A stretch of 37,843 nt of DNA from a virus. Taxonomy: Duplodnaviria > Caudoviricetes. How positions within the stretch are numbered: position 1 is the first letter of the stretch; each line of letters starts with the position of its first letter. The notes under the pieces were generated by a model. It was not told the DNA's origin and did no database searches. It saw only the letters and a list, made by a program, of their open reading frames with translations. A program made the position numbers and the translations under genes. The DNA lies in IMG/VR virus record IMGVR_UViG_3300017648_000010, positions 1 to 37,843 of that record, one strand, 5' to 3'. Below are positions 19,406 to 27,238 of the stretch, in pieces.

Positions 19406-19785
19406 GTTTTCATGTCGTTGATCATCCGTTGAATTTCTTCTCCCATCTTTACGCTAATATTTGCCTTTGCTACTTCACGCATGATTGAAAATGTGCTTTC
19501 GTATCCGCGGCAGATGTATCGGTAAAAAAGGTCGTCATCCATGCGGCTTTCGTCTTTGAATACCTTGATATTCCTCGCACGCAGCTCCCGATTGACCCGC
19601 GCCAAATCCGCATGAATTCGATCCATTAAAATTTGAGTTGCCGAGATGTATAGTTTCCGAAGCGGTCCTGTGGATAACTCCAGATCTTTCACATTGCGCT
19701 CCACCATTGTCAGCATAAACGGAAGTAAAACGGAATCACGTATCATTTCGAGCTCTTCCCGTGACGGCACTTGTGCTTTTGCCAT
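19384..19785 (-). CDS. YhjD-like protein (probably SOS-regulated)
   Basis: 133 aa with SD GGAGGGG; 'LLP.MLT.VER', 'Y.CRGYE..F' pattern recalled from Bacillus YhjD-like proteins; LexA box in the promoter. Confidence 0.6.
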   Translation of the reverse strand: MAKAQVPSREELEMIRDSVLLPFMLTMVERNVKDLELSTGPLRKLYISATQILMDRIHADLARVNRELRARNIKVFKDESRMDDDLFYRYICRGYESTFSIMREVAKANISVKMGEEIQRMINDMKTKRTPPA

Positions 19786-19803
19786 GTAATCCCCTCCGCT
19801 AAT

Positions 19804-19833
19804 ATCTTACAGGAACATTTGTTCGATAATCAA
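19804..19833 (-). promoter_or_regulatory. SigA-type promoter with a LexA (Cheo) box
   Basis: Minus strand TTGATT-N18-TAAGAT with CGAACAAATGTTCC (GAAC-N4-GTTC, 19813-19824) in the spacer. Confidence 0.78.
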
Positions 19834-19850
19834 GTCTCGACGAAGTGAAA

Positions 19851-20078
19851 TCACCAAAACTCAGAAGCGCTTACAAGAGGATCAATCTTACGGAGCGCTT
19901 TTATTATATTCCTTCTTGTCTCGTTATGGGGGCTACAATCCTCGCTGCATAACTCGGAAATCGTGCTTTTATTGAGGCCTGTTTCCTTCCGTAGCCACTC
20001 TTGAGAAACTTTGTTCTGATCCATCCACGAACCTAATTTAGACCTTGGTTTCTTCCACGGTATCATTTTCTCCATCAC
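19851..20078 (-). CDS. XRE/Cro-type HTH protein
   Basis: 'VSQEWLRKETGLNKSTISELC' HTH; divergent from the FtsK operon. Confidence 0.8.
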   Translation of the reverse strand: MMEKMIPWKKPRSKLGSWMDQNKVSQEWLRKETGLNKSTISELCSEDCSPHNETRRNIIKALRKIDPLVSASEFW

Positions 20079-20184
20079 TCCTCTTACTTCCCATCTTGGA
20101 CAAGGAGAATGATATTAAACCCATCAACCTTAAAAATTTCCGTAATAATGGACAATCCGTCCGTCGTATGCTCTTAACAAATCA

Positions 20185-20356
20185 GCGGAATGTTCCGCAG
20201 AATACTCCCAGCGACGGCTTCCGGCATACATGCCGATCCGTTGTGCCGTAAACCGCTCCGGTGCGGTATTGGCTGCGGAACATTCCAAAACCTTGATCTG
20301 ACTAGGGATTCGGCGCAATGGTAAGCTTCCGACGCGGAGGAACTATCCTATCGGAT
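20185..20356 (+). ncRNA. Structured non-coding element (RNA leader or ssDNA/oriT-like) upstream of the FtsK operon
   Basis: Perfect 14-bp inverted repeat (20187-20200/20273-20286) enclosing nested stems; further small hairpins to 20356. Confidence 0.5.
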
Positions 20357-20379
20357 ATTTAAGGAAAGAGGTGGTGCGC

Positions 20380-20502
20380 ATGGTTCGTTTGTTGATCGGG
20401 TTTGTGGCCGGAACTTTTTACGGTGCCATTGTTGTCGTCGAAGTCCCGGGCGGCGGCTTTGCGAAGGCAGTAGCGATATTGAAAATGTTCATATTCGAGT
20501 AG
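20380..20502 (+). CDS. Small membrane peptide (40 aa)
   Basis: Not in the ORF track; MVRLLIGFVAGTFYGAIVVVEVPGGGFAKAVAILKMFIFE*, SD GAGGTGG. Confidence 0.7.
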   Translation: MVRLLIGFVAGTFYGAIVVVEVPGGGFAKAVAILKMFIFE

Positions 20503-20516
20503 GGGAGGCGACGGGA

Positions 20517-21830
20517 TTGATACTCGAAATCGTCGGGAGTACGGTCATGGGCGGGCTGCTGGCGTACACGTTCCTTGATAAACATGGTGTGTCCGATGCA
20601 AGTAAGATTCAGCGGATAGCGAGCGCGTGCGGACTTCACGTTAAGGAGGACGGCAAGAAGTGTACGATCCATCTGCTACGACGGCGCCACCACTCTTGGG
20701 GGATCGAATACGTATACCGGATTCCGCTCGGCCTGGCGTTTGAGGACGTACAGAAAAGGCAGCAGCACATCGAGGACGGATTGAACCATAAGCGCGGATT
20801 CTTGGACCTGACGATCGAAGACATAAAGACGCTACGGCTGCGCGGTGATATCGTCGAGCAAATCAAGCGGCTGCTTATCGGCACTAAACATCGAAAGGAA
20901 CTACGTTTAGAGTACGACGGAGCGCTGAAGATCCGCGTATACAAAGAGCCGATGCCGACTGCGGTCCCGTTCGATGACGGTACCCTTCAAAAATGCGCTG
21001 GATGGATGGTATGTGTCGGTCAATCGCGGGAAGGGACGCTCTACCACGATTTCGATAAAATACCACATTTAATCGTGGCCGGTACGACTCGCTACGGAAA
21101 GTCCGTATTCTTGAAGAACGTCATAACGACGTTGATCCATACACAGCAGGAAGCTGTCCGGCTAACGCTTCTTGATTTGAAGGGTGGCTTAGCCTTCCAG
21201 CGCTTCAAGGACGCCAGACAGGTCGAAACGGTCGCCAAGGACGTTGACGAAAGCTTAGGGGCGCTACGAACAATTCATGCGGAGATGCAGCGACGGCAAG
21301 CGGAGTTTCTGGTGGAAGGCCACGAAGACATACGGGAAGCTCGAATGAAACGGCGCGACTTCATAATCATCGATGAGGCCGCGGAGCTTGCGAGTGTCGG
21401 CGAACCCGATCCCGTCGTCAAGAAAAAGAAGATCGAGTGCGAACATATCATTGCGGAAATCGCTCGGATCGGAGGCGGACTCGGCTACCGTCTCGTGTTC
21501 TGTACGCAATACCCAACAGCCGATACGCTCCCTCGCCAGGTAAAGCAGAACTGCGATGCGCGCCTGTGCTTCCGCTTACAAACCGAAGTTGCCAGCCATG
21601 TCGTACTCGACGAGTCCGGTGCTGAGAAGCTGCCGTTCATAAAAGGTCGCGCCATTTACCGGACCGATCGCAAGCATATCGTTCAGACTCCGCTAATTGA
21701 GAACGATTTTATCGATAAGACGATTAAGCCGCATATCGTCATTAAACCGCGTAAGGAGGTCGCGCAACATGAGGGAAAATCTAGTCAAGAGACTCCTGCG
21801 GGAGGAAGCTATACTCTCGTCATTGAGTAA
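20517..21830 (+). CDS. FtsK/SpoIIIE-family ATPase with N-terminal TM segment
   Basis: 'PHLIVAGTTRYGKS' Walker A, 'LLDLKGG', 'IIIDEAAEL' Walker B, 'IARIG...G..L..CTQYP', 'GAEKL...KGRAI'; SD GGGGAGG. Confidence 0.92.
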   Translation: MILEIVGSTVMGGLLAYTFLDKHGVSDASKIQRIASACGLHVKEDGKKCTIHLLRRRHHSWGIEYVYRIPLGLAFEDVQKRQQHIEDGLNHKRGFLDLTIEDIKTLRLRGDIVEQIKRLLIGTKHRKELRLEYDGALKIRVYKEPMPTAVPFDDGTLQKCAGWMVCVGQSREGTLYHDFDKIPHLIVAGTTRYGKSVFLKNVITTLIHTQQEAVRLTLLDLKGGLAFQRFKDARQVETVAKDVDESLGALRTIHAEMQRRQAEFLVEGHEDIREARMKRRDFIIIDEAAELASVGEPDPVVKKKKIECEHIIAEIARIGGGLGYRLVFCTQYPTADTLPRQVKQNCDARLCFRLQTEVASHVVLDESGAEKLPFIKGRAIYRTDRKHIVQTPLIENDFIDKTIKPHIVIKPRKEVAQHEGKSSQETPAGGSYTLVIE

Positions 21831-22380
21831 GCTGGATTACCTTAGCCGCAGCCAGATCCAGAAGCTTCACGATCTCAGCGGAGACCGCAACGCACGCCGA
21901 GTCTTGGCTAATATGAGTCCGTTTATCTCGTGCTTTCGTGGAGAGACCGGAGAGAATATTTACTACCTTAACAAAACAGGCCGAGAGCGCACTGGTGCCG
22001 AAGCCGTCAGATCAAAGACAAATCAAGTCGGCCATTTTCTGATGCGGAACGATGCGTTTATCCACTACGCCGGCAATGAGGACTGGAAGAACGAGGTCAA
22101 ATTCAGTGTGCCGAACGTTGTCACCGTGATAGCTGACGCATACTTCCGCCATAACCAACGCCGCCATTTCCTCGAAGTCGACCATCTGCAGCACATGAAC
22201 AAGAACCATGAGAAGATCGATCGGTACCGGAAGCTATACGATACCGGCGTTTTCCAGCAAAAGATGAAATACTTTCCGCGCCTTGTCTGGGTCACATTGA
22301 CCGAAAACAGGAGGAAGCAGCTCGCTGAATGGTGCGCCGGCATGGACGTCGTCATTCACCTGTGGGACGAAATCAAATAG
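21769..22380 (+). CDS. Replication-relaxation (Replic_Relax) family protein
   Basis: N-terminal wHTH ('LSRSQIQKLH...NARRVL...YYL...G'), 'HFLMRND', PD-(D/E)xK-like 'ADAYF....HFLEVD', 'KIDRY'; ATG 21769 after AAGGAGG. Confidence 0.82.
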   Translation: MRENLVKRLLREEAILSSLSKLDYLSRSQIQKLHDLSGDRNARRVLANMSPFISCFRGETGENIYYLNKTGRERTGAEAVRSKTNQVGHFLMRNDAFIHYAGNEDWKNEVKFSVPNVVTVIADAYFRHNQRRHFLEVDHLQHMNKNHEKIDRYRKLYDTGVFQQKMKYFPRLVWVTLTENRRKQLAEWCAGMDVVIHLWDEIK

Positions 22381-22392
22381 GAGGCGATTCAT

Positions 22393-22866
22393 ATGCAAAT
22401 TACAGTTGGCGCGAAATGCTGGGACGGAGACCGCCGCAAATCTTTATCGGGACACATCGTAAACATTGAATGGCTACCGGAGCTGCCCGCTCAGATCGAT
22501 AAGCGTCGTTTCCGCTTTGATCCGAAGCTTTCCGCGCTCATTGGTTCCGCCATACCGTTGTTTCTGGCGTCCGGATACAGTCGTGCATTCGCTCAAGTCG
22601 CGGATCCGGCAGCCGTTCCAGCAATGGCGATGTCAGCCGCAACGAAGGCGAAGATTATGCACGCGTTCGATCCGCTCATTCACCTCGTACAGTCGCTCGC
22701 TTATCCGATAGCTGGCGTCATGATTGCGGGCGGATGCCTATTTATCATGTGTGGGAATCGCGAAAAGGGAATGCAAATGCTCCAAAATGCCGCGATCGGC
22801 TATATTCTCGTACAGCTTAGTCCGATGCTGCTCGAACTTCTCGTCGGGATAGGAAACGGTGTTTAA
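22393..22866 (+). CDS. Membrane protein with a TrbC/VirB2 pilin-like C-terminal domain
   Basis: Internal signal-like stretch ending 'SRAFA', then TM1 'LAYPIAGVMIAGGCLFIMCG', loop 'NREKG', TM2 'AAIGYILVQLSP.LL': the VirB2 helical-hairpin pattern. Confidence 0.62.
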   Translation: MQITVGAKCWDGDRRKSLSGHIVNIEWLPELPAQIDKRRFRFDPKLSALIGSAIPLFLASGYSRAFAQVADPAAVPAMAMSAATKAKIMHAFDPLIHLVQSLAYPIAGVMIAGGCLFIMCGNREKGMQMLQNAAIGYILVQLSPMLLELLVGIGNGV

Positions 22867-22962
22867 TTCGGAAACCACAGGTAAAAGTATCCATAAAAAA
22901 TGTTTTATGGTATCATTACTGCGAGTCAGGCGAGCAAAAAATATTCAAGCAAAAGGGGTTTG

Positions 22963-23526
22963 ATGAAAATGTCTGGTTTTCTCGCTGTAGTTGCCATATC
23001 CGTTGTAATTGTAGCAATTGTCGCGTTCTTCCTTGTTCGCTCACAAGGAAAACAGATGGATCAAAAAGCACAAGCCTCTGGGGCGCTGTCCGTGCTTTCT
23101 GTAAATCATGTAGAAGGTCTTGGTCTTGCAAACAATACTCCATGTGACTTGTATTTGTATCCTGACAAACTATATATTGAAGCTTTGGGTAGAAAATTTG
23201 AGATTCCAACATCTCGAGTAAGAATTGCCGAACATAAATCAGAACAGGAGCTGCATGAAAAGAGTAAAAGTGTTGTTGGTCGTGCACTGATCGGAACCCT
23301 ACTTGTTCCAGGACTTGGCACCATAGTAGGAGGTATGTCTGGTATTGGAAACAAGAAGGTTGCCGGTAAGACGAATTACTATTTAATAATAAATTTCGTT
23401 GACTCAAACGGAGAACTCAGCGGTGTTACTTTCTTAAACAATTTGAATATTATGCGCCTCTCCTCATTTTGCGCAAAGATCAACGAACAACTTCCCGCCG
23501 CACAACCGGATGTCATTACTCTTTAA
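22963..23526 (+). CDS. Membrane-anchored hypothetical protein (moron; possible superinfection exclusion)
   Basis: N-terminal TM, glycine zipper 'VGRALIGTLLVPGLGTIVGGMSG', visibly AT-rich, own terminator, adjacent to attP. Confidence 0.6.
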   Translation: MKMSGFLAVVAISVVIVAIVAFFLVRSQGKQMDQKAQASGALSVLSVNHVEGLGLANNTPCDLYLYPDKLYIEALGRKFEIPTSRVRIAEHKSEQELHEKSKSVVGRALIGTLLVPGLGTIVGGMSGIGNKKVAGKTNYYLIINFVDSNGELSGVTFLNNLNIMRLSSFCAKINEQLPAAQPDVITL

Positions 23527-23554
23527 TTTATTGAAGAAATGGAACAAACTGCGT

Positions 23555-23590
23555 AACAGGGTCCACCCCTATGGAGGAACCCTGTTTTTT
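23555..23590 (+). terminator. Intrinsic terminator
   Basis: AACAGGGT...ACCCTGTT stem followed by a T-run. Confidence 0.65.
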
Positions 23591-23638
23591 GTGTGCATTT
23601 TGTTATCTATGGATTACCGAGGATGTCAAAACACACAC
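23591..23638. other. attP: Putative attP of the serine integrase
   Basis: 48-bp imperfect inverted repeat GTGTGcaTTTTGttATCtatGG-atta-CCgagGATgtCAAAAcaCACAC centred on TT (23614-23615), 3 bp past the integrase stop. Confidence 0.72.
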
Positions 23639-23641
23639 GAT

Positions 23642-25162
23642 TTATGCGTATTCGATATCCTTGATAGATGCGGGTATGAACTTTCCTTTTGTGGCACGAG
23701 CCTTGTCCAGTGGGGTATCTAAAACAATAGTCTTGAATATGGTTTGTACTAACTCGCTGCGATCCTCATCGTCCGATACATCCCATAGTTCGGAAAGTTC
23801 AAATAGCTGTAAGAGTGGCGGCGTAGACTTATTTTCACTGCTCTCTTTTGTTCTTAACTCACTGATCCGATTCATAAGGTATTCTTCTTTTTTACGTTCT
23901 TCTTTAATATGCGAGCGCAGCTCTTCTTCTGTCAAGATAATATCATCATTGTGTGTCTTTAGATCAATGAACATCCGCTGCCATTCTTTCTTGCGGTCCT
24001 GAACCTTGATCAGTTCTCGATTCAGATGATCGATCTCGGAAACTGTTTTATTTGGTTCTTTTTTCTTCTTATCTTTTGCGTTCATCATTAATTCATGCTT
24101 TAAACGAATTTCTTCGATATAATCGAACATTAGTTTTTCGACAAGTTCTTGTCGGAACATTGGCATTGTGCAGCCTTGGCCAGATTGTCTCCTTGAACAG
24201 ATATAAGATAGGATCATTTTGTACGTTCCGTCCGCTCGTTTATTTTGATGGTAACGACCAGACATCGCAGAACCGCATTTAGAGCACCGCAGCACACCGG
24301 TGAACCAATACTCGCGCTTTTTCGAATAACCATTAAAAGAGCGGTCTTTCATTCGCGCAGTATGCTCTTCGTACTCTTCCCAAGTAAATATTTTCTCGTG
24401 TGTGGAATCTTGAATGATGCAATTCACCAATTCTTCTTTTTTTCTGCTGGCATATTTCCCATTGGCCTTTTTGCTGCCCCATCTTAATTTACCAGCGTAA
24501 TAGGGATTGTCTAGTGTATACCAAACGCTGAAAGATGACCACTTTTCCCCGCGTCTTAACATTCCCGGTGTATTATTCAACTGGACAGCAATCGATTTAA
24601 AACCCATGCCCTCTTCCATATAAAGCCGACGCAGCTCATGGCAGATTCTTGCTTCTTCCGGTATGACTGTTCCTTCTGATGTATAACCAAATGGCACGGG
24701 TCCTCCTGGACGTTTCCCTTCCCTGACCATTTGCTCCATGCCGTTTCTAACGTTCTCAGCGATGTTCTCACGCTCGAATTGGGCTATATCAGCCATAAGC
24801 CTTATGAATAACCTTCCCGCGGCTGTACGCGTCTCGTAGGACTCTACACACGATTGGAATTTTATATTGTGTCGATCAAATAATTTTAAAAGGTAATCGC
24901 AATCGGAGGCCGAGCGGATCAGACGATTCAATTTGTAAATCAAAACAATATCGAACTTATTCAGAGGGACGTCTTCGATAAGCCTTTGCATATCAGGACG
25001 ATTGAGGTCTTTAGCGCTATAACCGTCGTCGATATATACGTCCGCTATCTCCCAATCCTGAGAGTCTACAAAGCTCGTGAGGCGACGTTTCTGATCTTCG
25101 ATGGAATATCCTTCTTCCGCCTGGTCATCAGTCGAGACACGAATGTATAGGGCTGCTCGCAA
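23642..25162 (-). CDS. int: Large serine recombinase (integrase)
   Basis: 'YIRVSTDDQ' catalytic Ser, 'DDGYSA...RP', recombinase domain 'PFGY', Zn ribbon 'CSKCG...YIC...C', coiled coil. Confidence 0.95.
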   Translation of the reverse strand: MRAALYIRVSTDDQAEEGYSIEDQKRRLTSFVDSQDWEIADVYIDDGYSAKDLNRPDMQRLIEDVPLNKFDIVLIYKLNRLIRSASDCDYLLKLFDRHNIKFQSCVESYETRTAAGRLFIRLMADIAQFERENIAENVRNGMEQMVREGKRPGGPVPFGYTSEGTVIPEEARICHELRRLYMEEGMGFKSIAVQLNNTPGMLRRGEKWSSFSVWYTLDNPYYAGKLRWGSKKANGKYASRKKEELVNCIIQDSTHEKIFTWEEYEEHTARMKDRSFNGYSKKREYWFTGVLRCSKCGSAMSGRYHQNKRADGTYKMILSYICSRRQSGQGCTMPMFRQELVEKLMFDYIEEIRLKHELMMNAKDKKKKEPNKTVSEIDHLNRELIKVQDRKKEWQRMFIDLKTHNDDIILTEEELRSHIKEERKKEEYLMNRISELRTKESSENKSTPPLLQLFELSELWDVSDDEDRSELVQTIFKTIVLDTPLDKARATKGKFIPASIKDIEYA

Positions 25163-25204
25163 ACAATTCTCCCCCTGTTCTTGATGTTATTTTCATACAA
25201 GACT

Positions 25205-26041
25205 TTATTCGACGACACCGGGTTTCCAAAAAGATACTTGTTTTGAAACACCTAAGAAATTGTTCAGCGTACTTTTGATGTCAACCAGAACTTCATTGCA
25301 TTCTGTGCAGTGAGGACCCCAAATCACTCTTTCGTTATGTAATAATCCACAATTGGGACATATGTACAACAACTCGGACGCAGCAGCAGCCTCTTCGAGC
25401 GACCCCCAGGTACTGTATTCAATGGCGTTAGGGTAATCTGGATCCGGCAGCTCGAATGGTTCGTTAGATGGCCATTTATCCAATCGTACGGTTTGCAATA
25501 TGCTCGTTTTAATGTTTTGCGTTAAATTTTTAAGACGTTTTATTGCAGGTGTCATATTGACTTTACATTTTTGGGCTAATAGATCCGGGATAAGATCATT
25601 TATATTACGGAATACGTAGTTTGGCATCAACAAGCGGCTGGCGAACCAGTGAGCCTCAACTTCGAGTATCCCTGCTGTTTCTGGCGAGATGTACGAGAAG
25701 TCAGAACTATCTGACATAAATGATCCGTGCAACAGGATATGGCCAAGCTCATGTGCAAGCGTAAACAATTGTCGACGACGAATCGTTTCGATATCATAAG
25801 GAGTTTCGTCCTTCATATCAGTTGCGATATAAATATTGTATTTAACTCGCCCCTTGTAGGCCATTTTGACCATCATGCCATCCGGCCCGCCAAGCTCGCA
25901 GTGAATAATTTCCCACTTTCGAGATTCAATGAAACGATTGAGTGATATCGGCGGTTCCGGATTTCCTAATTCTCTCAGAACGGCTTGGGCCGAACGATTA
26001 GCCAGCATGAATCGCGGGCTTTTGAGATGAGGTATGGACAA
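25205..26041 (-). CDS. immA: ImmA/IrrE-family metallopeptidase (anti-repressor) with a C-terminal Zn ribbon
   Basis: 'R..FTLAHELGHILLH', 'EVEAHWFASRLLMP'; CPNC...CTEC tail; lies between repressor and integrase. Confidence 0.88.
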   Translation of the reverse strand: MSIPHLKSPRFMLANRSAQAVLRELGNPEPPISLNRFIESRKWEIIHCELGGPDGMMVKMAYKGRVKYNIYIATDMKDETPYDIETIRRRQLFTLAHELGHILLHGSFMSDSSDFSYISPETAGILEVEAHWFASRLLMPNYVFRNINDLIPDLLAQKCKVNMTPAIKRLKNLTQNIKTSILQTVRLDKWPSNEPFELPDPDYPNAIEYSTWGSLEEAAAASELLYICPNCGLLHNERVIWGPHCTECNEVLVDIKSTLNNFLGVSKQVSFWKPGVVE

Positions 26042-26120
26042 GATGAGATCTCCCCCAGCTTTATATGTTGTAGGTAAATATTATGAAAAGCTAAGGCAAG
26101 TTGCCCCCGATAATCGTCAA

Positions 26121-26492
26121 CTACTCTTTTCCATCTACTTCATCCATAAATGCTTTTTTTGCATCTTCAATGAGTTTAGAATACCTTTGCCATGCCTCTG
26201 GAGACATTTCTTCTTTGGAACGAAGTAAGAATGAAACGATAGGTTCTTCCTTCTTTGAAGGTGTTGGATCATCGGTTCGACCCATGAGGTAATCTGCTTT
26301 CACATTATACAAATCGGCAATTTTATTAATGGTATCCATTGGGGGTTCTTTAGTGCCATTTTCATACGCCGTGTATGTTGGTCGAGCAACGCCGATTATG
26401 TCAGAAACATATCCTTGCGTCCATTTTGGGTCAACGCGTTTCTTTTTTTCGCGAAGTGCTTTAATTCTTTTTGAAAATATAGATACCATCAT
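26121..26492 (-). CDS. ImmR/CI-like XRE repressor
   Basis: 'RIKALRE...WTQ..V...IGVAR.TY..YENG..EP....I.KIADLYNV..DYLMGRTD'; divergent from cro. The start codon is ambiguous (26501, 26492 or 26489). Confidence 0.9.
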   Translation of the reverse strand: MMVSIFSKRIKALREKKKRVDPKWTQGYVSDIIGVARPTYTAYENGTKEPPMDTINKIADLYNVKADYLMGRTDDPTPSKKEEPIVSFLLRSKEEMSPEAWQRYSKLIEDAKKAFMDEVDGKE

Positions 26493-26529
26493 TCCCACCA
26501 ACTTTTGGTTTAGATATTCTTAATTATAA

Positions 26530-26627
26530 TGTTACTGATAGAAACTTAAAAGAAATGTTCCTTATAGTATAAAACCTGTTGACAATGTTCCCTTGAGTAA
26601 CATATACTAGAGTTACTTAAAGGAACA
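26530..26627. promoter_or_regulatory. Genetic switch: lytic promoter and four 17-bp operators
   Basis: TTGACA (26579)-N18-TATACT (26603); operators resembling TGTTCCTnnnAGGAACA at 26530, 26556, 26586 and 26611; a fifth at 26843. Confidence 0.8.
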
Positions 26628-26653
26628 TTCCGCCTGAAAGGGGTGATGAGGGG

Positions 26654-26851
26654 GTGGAAAAACTACTCAAGGAAAAACGAGTACAACTTGGATATTCTCA
26701 AGCTGAAGTAGCGAAGTTGGCAAATATTTCAAGAAGTTATTATACACATATTGAAATGGGGACGAAACAACCTTCTGTAAATGTAGCCAAATCAATTGCA
26801 AGTGTCCTAGAACTGGAATGGATCGCTTTTTTTGAAACAAAATGTTCCTAA
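26654..26851 (+). CDS. Cro-like HTH protein
   Basis: 'YSQAEVAKLANISRSYYTHIE.G.KQPSV..AK.IA..L'; first gene after the lytic promoter. Confidence 0.88.
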   Translation: MEKLLKEKRVQLGYSQAEVAKLANISRSYYTHIEMGTKQPSVNVAKSIASVLELEWIAFFETKCS

Positions 26852-26954
26852 AAGGATCATTTTCGAAGTTGGAAGGATGATGGCAAAGTTGGACGACAAA
26901 TCAAAGAACGAAATTATTCGTGCGATGAACAAACCGCAAAAGGAGGCCAGCCTA

Positions 26955-27095
26955 ATGAATAATCAAGGATATAACCCCGGAATGTCTGAAAAGGCATGGC
27001 TAAAGCTCCATGTATTGGCAGCAAGGCTCCACATTAAATATGCGGATAAGTTAGCTGAGCTCCGAAAAGAAAAGGAAAACGGAAAGTCGGCTTAA
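26955..27095 (+). CDS. Small hypothetical protein
   Basis: AGGAGG at 26941 before ATG 26955 (46 aa); upstream in-frame starts are possible. Confidence 0.5.
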   Translation: MNNQGYNPGMSEKAWLKLHVLAARLHIKYADKLAELRKEKENGKSA

Positions 27096-27157
27096 ATGAA
27101 CTTCTTAAAATCAATGCCAAGCTGTATGCAAACCAGTCGTATGTCAAGGTTCTTCAT
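27092..27157 (-). CDS. 21-aa peptide MKNLDIRLVCIQLGIDFKKFI
   Basis: GGAGG SD 7 nt before ATG on the minus strand; its stop overlaps the stop of the convergent ORF. Confidence 0.5.
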   Translation of the reverse strand: MKNLDIRLVCIQLGIDFKKFI

Positions 27158-27172
27158 TATCGTTCCTCCAGT

Positions 27173-27238
27173 AAAAAAGTAACCCGCTAACCGGATGGGC
27201 CGCGGGCTTTAAGGGGAATGTTGGTGTTCCGGTTACAA
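27173..27238 (-). ncRNA. Putative trans-acting sRNA
   Basis: Minus-strand CAGACA-N17-TAGAAT promoter (27272-27244); unstructured 5' part CACCAACAUUCCCCU; terminator AGCCCGC...GCGGGUU-ac-U6. Confidence 0.5.

Noticed and set aside
20045-20318. ORFs 20045-20251 (+) and 20130-20318 (-)
   Set aside because: No SD or motifs; they overlap the divergent promoter region and the structured element.
20380-22866. Complete ICE or type IV secretion system
   Set aside because: No VirB4 ATPase, VirB6/VirB8-like proteins or conjugative cell-wall hydrolase are recognisable, so self-transmissible conjugation is unsupported.
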